64,000 bases of DNA, taken from the NCBI RefSeq assembly GCF_009914755.1, contig NC_060925.1; one strand, given 5' to 3'. Of the stretch, positions 26,541 through 44,369 are shown in pieces. Every line of letters begins with the position of its first letter. Position 1 is the stretch's first letter. The notes under the pieces were generated by a model, which was not told the DNA's origin, made no database searches, and saw only the letters and a program-made list of their open reading frames with translations. The position numbers and the translations under genes were made by a program. This DNA comes from the human T2T-CHM13v2.0 reference genome, Homo sapiens.

Positions 26541-29500
26541 CTCCTCATAAAGAATGAGGAGATATATGCTAAACTACTTAAAAATTTGTTAGAGTCTTAT
26601 AAGAAAATATACTTGTTATTATTTTCTAAATATCTAAAATTAGTGATCCTTTTGTAAAATTTGCCACTTCTTAAACATTTTTCCCAACACAGCTTGCCAT
26701 CAAATGTTAAAGTGTAATAATTTTCATAATATTGGCATCAAACATGGCCTTTATATATCTTAATTTTCATATGATAGCACATCCCACAGGAAAGAAAATA
26801 AATTCTCTTGACAGGAGGGAAAAAAAAACAGGACATATTTTGCTTATAGGTGAGATTTGCATAGGTTAGAAAGCTGTCATAAAGCTTTTTTATGGTTAAG
26901 GAAATGTTTTGTGGGAAATAATATTGGCATTTATTTATAGGAAAATGTTTCACAATAAATATTAGAAGATAGTCTATGTATAATCTATGCTACTTGATAA
27001 AATAGTCGAGCTTTTAAAAAGAGATCTGGAACACCTGGAACTTGTAATAATTTGTCTTCTGCACAATGCTTCTCAGATCATTGTTATATATATATAGATA
27101 GCTCTATATATGAATATATAAAAGAATATGTATATAAATATGTACCCATTTAATTCTTACAACTGCATACTATATGAGATGAGCAGGTCAAGTATTTTTA
27201 TTTTTCTTATATTACAGATTAAAAAGTGATGCTCAAAGAAGTTAAATAACCGGCCCAAATTCACAAAAAAATGTAGATACTAGATTTTGTATTAGAAACT
27301 ACCTAAATCTCCTGACAATGCTATTTCCAGGGTTTCAGGTTTCTTCAGCTGACCTCAACTGGGCAAATTAATATTTGTGGTTAATTACACTCTGGTTTAG
27401 AGACACTGTGATCTGTTTCAACCAATTCAATAGGCATTGCTGAGCATCTATTGTGTGTCTGAAACTGTGCTAGTTCATCTAGGGGAACACAGAGAAAGTG
27501 CCAGACATATTACTGGTAGGGAGGAAATGCCTATGTAAATGAAACAAATAAGAAGGAGAAAGAATAAAACCAAATGCCTCAATCTGGGAGATTTCATGCA
27601 GAAAAACCTTGAAGAATGGATGTGATTCAGGAGGTGAAAGTTAGAAAAGCATTGCAGGAGGCAAAAGAGTGTGTTGGGGAGTGGCGGGAGTGAAACAGCA
27701 TGAACAAAAGTGTAGAGATTGAAATAACAGGTGGCACCCAGAGAAAGTGAAGTGACAGCCTGAGGTGCCAGGAGCACCATGTATATGTTGGTGAGTAGGG
27801 GGAGCTGGCTTCTCAGGGCCCACCTGGCCTCAGACAGTCTCACAGCAACCAAGAATCTTTAGTATTTCCAGTGAATACACACCCTAGGAAAGTAAGGGAA
27901 AAGTAGTACTCACATGTAAAAATTAAAATGCATTTTAAAAACCTCACCTTTTGCCCAGCCCTACCATTCTTGTCCTATGGGTCCACCCTCTGGAAGCTTG
28001 TACCTCTGCTCCTGTGTTTTCTGATGGTAATAAACAGGTACAGGTGTATGTGTTTGTAAATGTATTTGAACCATGAGCCATACATTTCCTGTTTGCAAAA
28101 GAGGTGTCTTTCTTTATGAAAATGTTTTAAGAGTTCAAGGTGAGGACACAGTCTGCAAGGAGATGGGAAATCAAAATTACGTTTACATAAAGTGACATGA
28201 ATTAGGGAGAGAGGCTTAACTGGAGATAGAGGGAAGGGGAGGAAGCAGGAAGTGAAGAAGTGGGCAGAGCAGGAGGCCAGAGCCTGAGGAGAAAGGACAA
28301 CTGGTCAGAAACTTCTGGGGCCAGAGTGGTAGAAAGGCTTTACAGAACAATGATATTTTAAATTATTTTTGGTGTTTCCATGTAAAACTTCTCCATTGCT
28401 CTGAATCTTCCATAAAAGTTAGTTACACCCAGAACCTGGAATGGGTGGTATTTTGGGGAAGTACCTAAAGTGAGGTGCAGATGTGTAGGACTCAGGGCCA
28501 TGTCCAGCATGGACAACAGAGTAGCAATATTTATGCAAAGGCAACATGACCCACAGACCAGATGAAGTTCTCCCTTGATGACAAAGAGAAACCCAGGCAC
28601 ATTGTCTTCTTTCCCCAGAGTTGCTGGAGAAAATGGGAAGCTTGTTGAGTTTTCCATTTCATATAGGTTAGGGTTTCAACCAATTTCATTTGATCCATAT
28701 AGGCCATGGTGATCCCTGCATAGATCTGGGCTACCGCAGCTCATGGTCATCACTGGCAGCCATGCTTTGGTCTCTGCTTCACTGTGCTAGTCTGCCACCA
28801 TGGAAAGGCCTTTCTGTTTGCTGAAAGTCACCAGGCAAGTGAGCCAGCTCCTGGAGGAGGAGGTAGAGCTAGATCGGCCAAATGTAGTCTCCAGAGAGTG
28901 ACTCAAATTTGGCTTCTCTTGGCTCCAGAGTCTATTTTCTGTTTACTAAGGAATTAATCATGGTTTCCAAATTGGTCTGCCAGGACACCAGCAAGGCTGG
29001 TTAAAGCAGAGGTGCCGGGTTTGGGATTTTTCCATGCCCTGGTTGGTGATTTTCAGCAGGAAAATGAAGGGATGTGCTTCCTCCTTTATAGCTGCCCGAA
29101 AAATTATTGAAAGTCCCATAACTTATCTGATTCTGGTCACTTGTGTCAGCATAAACGCACCAGGTTTATAGCAACTGAGGTGAGATGCCTCACTTCTTTA
29201 GCATCTGAAGTGAGATGTGTCAATTCTTTTTCTTTTTTTTGTCAGCATAAAGTGAGGTGTGGATGTGAAGAACTCAGGGCCATGTCCAGCATGGGCAACA
29301 GCAATAGTAGCACTTATGCAATGGAAAGATGATCCACAGCCCAGATGAAATTAAAGCCTTTGGTGAAAAAGATAAATCCAAGTACATTGTCCTCCTTCCC
29401 CCCAACTGCTGGTTTGAGTAACACAATTTGGTGGCTATTTGAATTAATTTAATAATTGTTTAATAAATAACCAACATGTGCTAGGCTACAGAATCCCATG

Positions 29501-29559
29501 TTTGATTTAGCATCTAGGGAAGTCAGTCAGGGTTTGGAGATACTGTGAACATATCTTTC

Positions 29560-30146
<587 letters not shown>

Positions 30147-30317
30147 CATATCTTTCATTCTTATAAAAGGGGCTTGAGCCTGTCTTTTTGCTAGATTCAT
30201 GATAATCCTATTAGGATATGTCTTTTCAGTGTATTCATACATGAGCAATGAATCAACACAATGTCTTCTTGAGCCTGGTCTAATATCATGGGAGAAGACT
30301 TTTTAAAAGTTGAAGCA

Positions 30318-30582
<265 letters not shown>

Positions 30583-31262
30583 TTAACGTAAGAGGTAGCT
30601 TGATTATTTTGCACTGTAACTACTTCCACAGATGTCCACACTGATCATATTTTCCCAAGGATAATTAAGAGGCTCTTGAAAATATAATAAATAATTTTTA
30701 AATGGAGAGCATGTTTTTCAATTAGCTGGAATTACTTTAAGTAATTTGTGATTTAAGTAATTTGTGATCACTATACTTTAGAATTTAATATATAGGGTGT
30801 TTAGCTTTATGGTAATAAAAACAATCTCTAGCTGGAGAAATCTGCATTAATCTCACAAAAACACTTATATTGTGAAGTAGATTCATGGAAAGAAACATGT
30901 GACAGGTCTGTCATTTCTGTTTTTAGCTTTATCAGTCTTTCAAAATAGTAAAAACAATTAGAATAATGAAACAGATTATCATATTATAACATATTGCTAT
31001 TTGAGTCCTGATTAATTTTGACACCTTCAACTGTTTGTTCTATACAAATCTGCATACACAGCACTTAGGGACTAGCATTACTATGGTCTGGGTTGTGATT
31101 AGAACAGAAATAGATAGACAGACAACAATGAAACACTCTTAACTTAGTTCCCAAATCCCACTGATGCCTGAAATCCCACTGTTAATGCATGCCTCCATAG
31201 TGTTAGGCGTAGTCCTCCTCAGTAGTGTTTTGGGCATGTCCTTCAGAGAGTGAGGATGTTAC

Positions 31263-31410
31263 CTTAAGGAACACCAACAATCAAGAAGTATGGCATACTC
31301 AATGAGCATGTTTTCAACTCTTCTGCTACTTTTTCCTTTGTGCCACTAATCTGACGCATACAATTATTGAGAAAGGACGAAGCTAGTCAAAGTCCCTGCA
31401 GTATTTCCCA
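31263..31410 (-). pseudogene. candidate exon WEILQGL*LASSFLNNCMRQISGTKEKVAEELKTCSLSMPYFLIVGVP*(G)
   Basis: Pyrimidine-rich ...TCTCATCAG acceptor, AAG|GTAACA donor. Phase 0 to 1. Two stops. Confidence 0.45.
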
Positions 31411-32408
31411 CTGATGAGATATAGAAAAAAGCAACAATGGCAAATATTAGGAAAATGATTCTCAGACCCTCTATTGTATCTGGCTTATTCTAGGAGAGAC
31501 CAAGAGCACAGAGCAAGTGAGCGCAAAATTGACCCAGAACTTAAATTTCTCTATCTGGGATTGAGAGTTGAAGAGTTCAGATGCCAACTACTTTGTGGTC
31601 TTTCTGAATCATGACCTTTTGTGATGACCAAGTAAAGTGAAGGTAGAATAATGTCAAAGTGAGAAGGTTCTAGGATGCATTCCTTAGAAGCTGTAAGCTG
31701 GGGTGTTTCGATCAGACTGTTTGGAAAAGCTCTTAGAGTTTCCTGCTAGAGTGGCAGTGTCCACAGAGACAATAGCAAAACAGGGTTATCCAGCTAACCA
31801 ATCTTTCTAAAAATCATTTTGAAACTTAGAGTTGGAAAGGGCCAAGAGGTCATCTGCTCTACCTTCCCAGCTGCTGTCTAACATCTCATAAGTGATTATC
31901 CACTTTCTATTTGAACACCTTCCGTGATACGTAGTGCATTTAAATGCCCCATTTTGGTAGTAGCCTTTCTAGATATATTTACTTATGCCCCAAAGATATC
32001 TATAATCTTCTAAGAATGTACCCTTCAGTCTGGTAACCAAGTAACCTTCTCTTTCTAGCTATTAATATATGGGATTCCTCTGTTTTTATACAAAAGCACC
32101 ATGTTAGATACTATAAGGAGAGAATAGGATTCAATAATATATACTAGACTTTTGACTTGAAGGACATTTCAGCCTAGTAGAGAAATTTAGACACACATAC
32201 ACGTTGGCTGAGAGGAATAATCAGGGAAGTTTCAGGAAAGAGATAGTATGCGGACTTAGCCTTGAAGTGTGGGTAGAATTTGGAAAGACTTTTCCAAGAG
32301 TGGCCTAGAAAATAAGCAAAGTTGTATTACCTGGGAAAATATTTCAATAAGATTCAGGTCACTTGCTTAAGAACACCATTTCCCAGAAGACAACAGTGGG
32401 GAGTTTAC

Positions 32409-32542
32409 CATTCGAAGACCTGCTTTGGAGATGTAGATTACTGTACCCTTTGATTTTCAGAAGATGCAGTTAGTATTTCTCTTTTTCAACAAATACTGTT
32501 TTCTTACTAAACCATATTTCCTGTTCCCAGAGTAATTTTATG
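32409..32542 (-). pseudogene. candidate exon (start at 32542 or 32520; frame ambiguous)
   Basis: TTCTTTTCTTCAATCAG acceptor (alternative GAACAG), ATG|GTAAAC donor. One stop in either candidate frame. Confidence 0.4.
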
Positions 32543-33290
32543 CTGATTGAAGAAAAGAAGTAAACAGAGTTCCAGAAAGCAACTGCAAATACTCATTTTG
32601 AAAAAGAAAACAAAACAAAAACAAGGGAGACATTTTAAAAGGTATTTTTATTCAGAAATTTTTAAAAAAGAAATAAGGAAAAAGGTGAACAACCCACAAT
32701 TCGTCCTGTAGTATACAAATGGCATCTAAGAGTGAGAACCTTGGCATCCTTGAAAGCAGAGGTTTGAGGTCTGAGATGTTTTGGTTCATGTTGTACCATA
32801 TGGGCTACTCACTGTGTGAATGCACACTCTTGTTCATCTCCCCCTATGCTGAGCTAGTCCAGACCTAGGTCTGCTCTGCCTCTCTGGGTTTGCTTGCTGG
32901 GCACGGTCAGTGGCTAAGCTGTGGATAGAATACTGTCTCTTCACCACTGACTCACAGGATGGCAGGGCCAGCTCACTTCCCCTTCTGATGTTTTTGTTCC
33001 TTAGTGTACGGTGGGACCATAGCAGTCCTCACCGTCTTTCTTCATTCCATGGAAATAAATGTGTATATTTGTGAGTGTGCTTTGAGACAAGGATGAAAAG
33101 GAGATTAGTTTTTGTCCTCTTCAGGGAAAGCACAGAATCACTGTGCCTCCTATTACTGTTAGCACCAGCAACATTCACGGGTAATTCTATCAGGGACACA
33201 CAGCAGCCTTCTGAATTAATGTTGGCTTGTTTATTGCAGAGTACAGATGAAATCCTGGGCTAACCAAGTTATGTCCCCATGTTGACTCAC

Positions 33291-33413
33291 TTCCTTACTT
33301 TCCTCCTAGGTGCTAAAGCAACAGGACCAGTTGCCAGAGAGCTTATTTTACCTCCCCAAAACAAGATTGGTGTTTCATCCTTGAGTTTAGTACACAGGAT
33401 TGTTCTTATTCTT
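33291..33413 (-). pseudogene. candidate exon RIRTILCTKLKDETPILFWGGKISSLATGPVALAPRRKVR
   Basis: CTCTCTATCTGCAG acceptor, GAA|GTGAGT donor. 123 nt, phase 2-2, fully open. Confidence 0.55.
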
Positions 33414-33873
33414 CTGCAGATAGAGAGGTGCACTGCTTTATGCTGCAAGTTGTCTATAAGACAAGTTTTGTGAGTATCAAATATTTGTAAGCAAATCAAA
33501 TTTCTCCCCCAGTTGAAATGATTATTTCAGAAGAATTTCTTCTTTGTTTTGAATTGGACTTCTGAGTTGGACTTCTCAGCATGATAAAGAAGAAAGAGCA
33601 TTAGAATAAGAAAGAAGATTAAGCTTCTTGTTTTGATTATGCCCATAATCAGCTGTGGGACCCCGGGCTAATGCACTCCAAAATCCCACTGTTCTGTGAC
33701 CTTGCTATGTGGGGCATCAGCCTCCTCATCTCTAATATTTTGGATTTAAGTTAGTTGATTTTTATGGTCCCGCAATGGAATTCTTTAAACAACTCCACTA
33801 ATCCATGATACTGTTGCTTTAAAAATCTTGGTTTTAGCTTTCCTCTAAGGAATTTATAGTGACAATTATCTAC

Positions 33874-34012
33874 TTTTTTTTTCTTAAATAAAAATAGAGG
33901 TGGGGTTTTGCCATGTTGCCCAGGCTGGTCTCAAACTCTTGGGCTCAAGTGATCTGCCCACCTTGGCCTCCTAAAGTGCTGGGATGACAGGTGTGAGCCA
34001 CTGTACCCGGCC
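33874..34012 (-). mobile_element. Alu left monomer (FLAM_C/AluJ)
   Basis: Single antisense monomer. Confidence 0.85.
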
Positions 34013-34029
34013 AGACCATATGTCTCTAG

Positions 34030-35760
34030 CATTTTGATAACATTCTCTACAATCTGGGCCCTGTATAACTCCCCAGTCTTCAGACTACTACTCTCTATGC
34101 TCACATCTTTGGCGATTTTATACTCTTTGCCAATTTAGATGCCATTTGTTTTTTCGTTTCCAGTAGATTAGTATGTCCAACCCAGATTTTGGTAAACCCT
34201 AGACTCATTCTACAGTCTGTGACATCTCCATTTGGATTTCTTATTGGCATCTCAGACTCCATATGTCTAACCTGGAATGCCTGATCTCCATTGCCTCCTA
34301 AACCGGCTTCTCTCACGGCTCTCCCATCTCGGGGCCCAGCATCTCAGACCTTTGCCTTGCTTACACCAGACATTTTGTTGTTATCTGTACCACCTCCTTC
34401 TCGTGCAGTCTACTTGATGCCACCTAATTGGTATCCCTGGCTTCTGCCCTTGTTCTCTTAACGAATCATTTTCCAAACAGCAGCCAGAGTGATCCTTTCA
34501 AAAATGGATTCAGAAATCATGTCACTGCTCTGCCCAAAGTTCCCGAATGACTTCCCAGTCACTCAGAGCACAAGCTGACGCTCGACACATCTGGGCCCCG
34601 TAAGATTTTCATTTCTGCTCCTCCTCCTTTTGCTCACTCTGCCCCTGCCACATTGGTCTCCTGCTTTCCCGGAACTTGCCCAACATGTTCCTCCCTCAGG
34701 GCCTTCACATTTGTCATTTCCTGTCCTATGATGCTCTTCCTGCAGATATCTACAGCAGCTCCCCGCTGCTCCTTTTGCAGGTTTTTGTTCAGATGTCATC
34801 TTCCTGGTGAGCTCTTCCCTGAACAACTCCTCACCCCCTCCACCTTGCCCCTGGGACTCCCTTTGACCTTTCTCGGATTGTTTTCCCTGTAACTCTTGCC
34901 ACCACCTCATACAGGGCTTCTCAAGCTTGGCATGATTGGCATTTTGGGACAGTTCTTTGTTGCGGGCTATTATCCTGTGCCTTGCAGGATGTTTAGCAGC
35001 ATCACCACCCTCGACCCACTCAATACCTGCAACTTTCCTCCCTAGGTTGTGACAGCCAGAAATGTCTCCAGACACTGCCAAATGTCTCCTGGGGGACAAA
35101 ACCACCCCTGGTTGAGAATCTTTGATATAATGTAAATATGCATTTTACCTATGTATTTGTTTATTGTTCCTCCCTTCCCCACCAATAAAATATAATCTCC
35201 ATGAGAACAGGAATTTTTGTGTCTATTTTCCACTGATGTAATGCAGGCACTCTGAATAGGGTATGATGCATAGTAGGTGCTCAAACAGATATTTCACTGG
35301 TGAATAAATGAAATGTGCTCTGACCTTGTTCCTCTGTGCTCATTAAGCTCTAGCCACACTGACCTTTCTTCCACCTCTCAGACATCTGAAGCTCCTTCTC
35401 ACCTTTCAGTCTTTTTCTTTCAGATCTCACTCCTGGAAAGCTCTATTCGCAGGTCTCTGTTTACTTGTTACTCAGGTCCAATAACACCTGCTTAGAGAGG
35501 CTTCCCTGATCACCGTATCCTACATGACCCTCCCTGCCAGCCAGAGTCACTCTCTATATTGTTACTGTGTTTTAGTTTCTGCATTACATTTGTCTTGGAA
35601 ATTATCTTGTTTACGTGGCAGGTGTACATCTTGCTCCCTTAAATGAATGCTCCTTGACCACTCCACATTATCTGCTTTGTTTATTAACGGCAGTAATCTA
35701 AAACAGTAGTCTAAAACAGTGCAAGGCCCATCGTTGATGGGCTGATTAAATAAGTATGCC
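34030..35760 (+). mobile_element. LINE-2 fragments
   Basis: L2 motifs (ACAGCAGCCAGAGTGATCCTTT; TAGTAGGTGCTCAAA...TGAATAAATGA). Confidence 0.65.
34912..35123. mobile_element. MER20 (hAT-Charlie)
   Basis: GCAGGATGTTTAGCAGCATC...AATGTCTCCAGACACTGCCAAATGTCTCCTGGGGGACAAA. Confidence 0.85.
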
Positions 35761-36614
35761 TGTCTTTTAATCAATTCAGGGTGGAAGAGAGTCTCTATAG
35801 AAAGGGTTTAAGGGCTGTGTCTGTCAAGGTCCAGTAGCAAAAAAAAAGAAAAAAGAAAAAAAAAGAGTCTGCTCTAGCTAATTTGAACAGAAAGGGATTA
35901 ATTAGAGAATGTGGTTCACCATCGAGAAGGCTGCAGCAACATCCTCCACAGTGAGCTTTCAGGAACCACCTTGGAAACCACACACTGACTGGGCCACCAA
36001 GGTAGAGACTGCTCTTCTTTGATTGGGAGAACTACAGCCAAGCTGGGACACTGAGGGGTCAGCTGCTGGGTCTGGGACCAAATGACCACTTCTGGGAAGA
36101 TCACACCTGCATGAAAAGGAGGTCAGCACTACTGGGAACTGACAAGATCAAGAGACTGGGGTAATGACTCTGTGTGGTTCTCCCCGTGTACATGTTAATA
36201 AAATGTATATCCCTTTTCTCCAATTAAAAAACAATTCCCTAGCAAGTTGACTCAGAAGAAATAAATGAATACTCTCAAAAAACTGCGTCAGAAAAACCAG
36301 ACACTTCCACTCTAGTGTTGGCTAACAGGAAGCGACAAAGCAGCGGAAGCTTATTTGTCTTGTCTTCTAGCTCTCATGCCAGTACGCATGATTGGTGGAA
36401 CAAAACCTCGGCTGCTAGGAAGTCTGGGAGATGTGGCTTTTAGCTTTCCAGTCTCTGTAGCATGGAGGGCACATTGGGAACAGGTTAGAATGGCTGTGAG
36501 GGCTGCTAATCCACTATACATAGGATGGACAGATGATTGATTATTAAAAAGTTAATGAATCTTCAAGTTTATATTTGCCAGGCAAGAAGGTCTCAGTAAA
36601 ACCAAACCAAAAAG

Positions 36615-36948
<334 letters not shown>

Positions 36949-37720
36949 TAGTCAAGAGATTCTTCACTTGATACTGATGGACAGTGTACATACAATTTCA
37001 GGAATGATTACTTTTCCCCTAAGATGCAATAGCATAAGTTTGTGACCATGAATGGCATCACCATTTCTAAAGTATCAGTCTGACAAACTAAACTCAATAA
37101 AGCCATGATCTGAGATCTCCTGGAGAGTGAAACTGTTTACATCTTCTATCTCTCCCAGAAAAGTACGAAATCAATCAGCCTGGGCACTGTTTTTCATAGC
37201 TGGTCATGTACATTTTTTTCCAACATAAGGCAGTGGTTAAATTTAAGTCTTAAGGAGGGCTTTAATTGCACAGAAGCTGAGATTGGGAATTTTTGTATTG
37301 GCAAAAAAGAAATCCATTACTTGATTTTGTTTTTATTATTTGATATTCCTAAATGTTTACTTGTATGAATCTATTTATTATTTATTTTCATTTTTACTGG
37401 ATCACATAATATAGAGTGTGTATACATATATTAGAGGGATGAAAATCCACAAGTTTTTTTCATTCTTTTTTATTTTTTTATTTTATTTTATTTTATTTTA
37501 TTTTATTTTATTATTATTATACTTTAAGTTTTAGGGTACATGTGCACAATGTGCAGGTTTGTTACATATGTATACATGTGCCATGTTGGTGTGCTGCACC
37601 CATTAACTCGTCATTTAGCATTAGGTATATCTCCTAATGCTATCTCTCCCCCCTCCCCCCACCCCACAACCGTCCCCGGAGTGTGATGTTCCCCTTCCTG
37701 TGTCCATGTGTTCTCATTGT

Positions 37721-41541
<3,821 letters not shown>

Positions 41542-41604
41542 TATGATGTTAGCTGGTTATTTTGCTCGTTAGTTGATGCAGTTTCTTCCTAGCCTTGATG
41601 GTCT

Positions 41605-42621
41605 TTACACTTTGGCATGTTTTTGTAGTGGCTGGTACCAGTTGTTCCTTTCCATGTTTGGTGCTTCCTTCAGGAGCTCTTTTAGGGCAAGCCTGGTGGT
41701 GACAAAATCTCTCAGCATTTGCTTGGCTGTAAAGTATTTTATTTCTCCTTCACTTATGAAGCTTAGTTTGGCTGGATATGAAATTCTGGGTTGAAAATTC
41801 TTTTCTTTAAGAATGTTGAATATTGGCCCCCACTCTCTTCTGGCTTGTAGAGTTTCTGCCGAGAGATCTGCTGTTAGTCTGATGGGCTTCCCTTTGTGGG
41901 TAACCCGACCTTTCTCTCTGGCTGCCCTTAACATTTTTTCCTTCATTTCAACTTTGGTGAATCTGACAATTATGTGTCTTGGAGTTGCTCTTCTTGAGGA
42001 GTATCTTTGTGGCATTCTCTGTATTTCCTGAATCTGAATGTTGGCCTGCCTTGCTAGATTGGGGAAGTTCTCCTGGATAATATCATGCAGAGTGTTTTTC
42101 AACTTGGTTCCATTCTCCCCGTCACTTTCAGGTACACCAATCAGATGTAGATTTGGTCTTTTCACATAATCCCATATTTCTTGGAGGCTTTGTTCATTTC
42201 TTTTAATTCTTTTTTCTCTAAACTTCCCTTCTCGATTCATTTCACTCATTTCATCTTCCATCGCTGATACCCTTTCTTCCAGTTGATTGCATCGGCTCCT
42301 GAGGCTTCTGCATTCTTCACATAGTTCTCGAGCCTTGGCTTTCAGCTCCGTCAGCTCCTTTAAGGACTTCTCTGTATTGGTTATTCTAGTTATCCATTCG
42401 TCTAATTTTTTTTCAAAGTTTTTAACTTCTTTGCCATTGGTTTGAATTTCCTCCTGTAGCTCGGAGTCGTTTGATCGTCTGAAGCCCTCTTCTCTCAGCT
42501 CATCAAAGTCATTCTCCGTCCAGCTTTGTTCCGTTGCTGGTGAGGAGCTGCATTCCTTTAGAGGAGGAGAGGCGCTCTGCTTTTTAGAGTTTCCAGTTTT
42601 TCTGCTCTGTTTTTTCCCCAT
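41605..42621 (-). CDS. L1 ORF1p, intact 338 aa
   Basis: Full-length ORF (MGKKQSRK...) retaining the REKG, ARR and YPAKLS motifs. Confidence 0.93.
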   Translation of the reverse strand: MGKKQSRKTGNSKKQSASPPLKECSSSPATEQSWTENDFDELREEGFRRSNDSELQEEIQTNGKEVKNFEKKLDEWITRITNTEKSLKELTELKAKARELCEECRSLRSRCNQLEERVSAMEDEMSEMNREGKFREKRIKRNEQSLQEIWDYVKRPNLHLIGVPESDGENGTKLKNTLHDIIQENFPNLARQANIQIQEIQRMPQRYSSRRATPRHIIVRFTKVEMKEKMLRAAREKGRVTHKGKPIRLTADLSAETLQARREWGPIFNILKEKNFQPRISYPAKLSFISEGEIKYFTAKQMLRDFVTTRLALKELLKEAPNMERNNWYQPLQKHAKV

Positions 42622-43622
42622 CTTTGTGGTTTTATCTACTTTTGGTCTTTGATGATGGTGATGTACAGAAGGGTTTTTGGTGTGGATGTCCTTTCTGTTT
42701 GTTAGTTTTCCTTCTAACAGACAGGACCCTCAGCTGCAGGTCTGTTGGAGTTTGCTAGAGGTCCACTCCAGACCCTGTTTGCCTGGGTATCAACAGCGGT
42801 GGCTGCAGAACAGTGGTGGCTGTAGGACAGCGGATCTTGGTGAACCGCAAATGCTGCTGCCTGATCATTCCTCTGGAGGTTTTGTCTCAGAGGAGTACCC
42901 GGCCGTGTGAGGTGTCAGTCTGCCCCTACTGGGGGTGCAGACTGCCTGTTGAGGAGGCAGTCTGCCTGTTCTCAGATCTCCAGCTGTGTGCTGGGAGAAC
43001 CACTGCTCTCTTCAAAGCTGTCAGACAGGGACATTTAAGTCTGCAGAGGTTACTGCTGTCTTTTTGTTTGTCTGTGCCCTGCCCCCAGAGGTGGAGCCTA
43101 CAGAGGCAGGCAGGCCTCCTTGAGCTGTGGTGGGCTCCACCCAGTTCGAGCTTCCTGGCTGCTTTGTTTACCTAATCAAGCCTGGGCAATGGCAGGTGCC
43201 CCTCCCCCAGCCTTGCTGCTGCCTTGCAGTTTGATCTCAGACTGCTGTGCTAGCAATCAGTGAGACTCTGTGGGCGTAGGACCCTCTGAGCCAGGTGCGG
43301 GATATAATCTCCTGCTGTGCCGTTTTTTTAAGCCCTTTGGAAAAGCACAGTATTAGGGTGGGAGTGACCCGATTTTCCAGGTGCCGTCTGTCACCCCTTT
43401 CTTTGACTAGGAAAGGGAACTCCCTGACCCCTTGCACTTCCCGAGTGAGGCAATGCCTCGCCGTGCTTCAGCTCGCGCACGGTGTGCTGCACCCACTGTC
43501 CTGCACCCACTGTCTGGCACTCCCTAGTGAGATGAACCTGGTACCTCAGATGGAAATGCAGAAATCACCCATCTTCTGCGTCGCTCACACTGGGAGCTGT
43601 AGACCGGAGCTGTTCCTATTCA

Positions 43623-43630
43623 GCCATCTT
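43623..43630 (-). promoter_or_regulatory. L1 5' UTR YY1 site (AAGATGGC)
   Basis: GCCATCTT on the plus strand at the canonical position near the L1 5' end. Confidence 0.8.
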
Positions 43631-43660
43631 GGCTCCACCTCCCATTCTTTTTCATTTTTT

Positions 43661-43741
43661 AAGAGATGGGGTCTTGTTTTTGCCCAGGCTGGTCTTGACC
43701 TCCTGAGCTCAAACAATCCCTGCTCCTCAGCCTCCCAAGTA
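43661..43741 (-). mobile_element. FLAM/Alu monomer fragment whose tail was the L1 target
   Basis: AGAGATGGGGTCTTG...GCCTCCCAAGT directly follows the L1 TSD. Confidence 0.75.
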
Positions 43742-44049
43742 AAATTCGTTTTATTCTTAACCTTGCATCTGTGGGCTTTTTATTTAAAAAGCCCATTGCA
43801 ATTATAGATATTGTTGGTTTATCTGTTTTACATATTTAAAACCTAACTTTAAATAGAATCAATATGAAATAATAATTGGGGAGCTCCAGCTTATCAAAAA
43901 GTATAGCAATATAGAAGAACCTAAACAAAATTTTGGAATGTGCTTTTTAAGAATGTGATTTTATCAAAGTTAGGAAACTTAAAACTCTAAAACTTTTGCA
44001 TTCTCCATTTTAAGCAGTTCACACTTAGAGGTAGCTTAAGGACTTCTTT

Positions 44050-44369
44050 CTTTCATTTTTTTTTTTTTTTTTTTGTTACAGGGTCTCACTCTGTCACTCA
44101 GGCTGGAGTGCAGTGGCTCTCACTGCACTGTACAGTCTCAGCTCACTGCAACCTCTGTCCCCTGTGCTCAAGTGATCCTCCAACCTCAGCCTCCCCAGTA
44201 GCTGGGAGAAACAGGTGCATGCCAACACACCCGGCTATTTTTTCGTGTGTTTTTAGTAGAGACGGGGTTTTGCCATGTTGCCCAGCTTGGTCTCGAACTC
44301 CTGAGCTGAAGCAATCTGCTCACCTTGGTCTCACAGAGTGCTGAGATTACAGGCATGACCACTGTGTCC
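44050..44369 (-). mobile_element. AluJ-like
   Basis: Diverged antisense Alu. Confidence 0.9.

Noticed and set aside
30736-30767. 16-bp perfect tandem duplication TTTAAGTAATTTGTGA
   Set aside because: Ordinary slippage duplication.
34563-35105. 180-aa minus-strand ORF
   Set aside because: Spans L2 and MER20 sequence.
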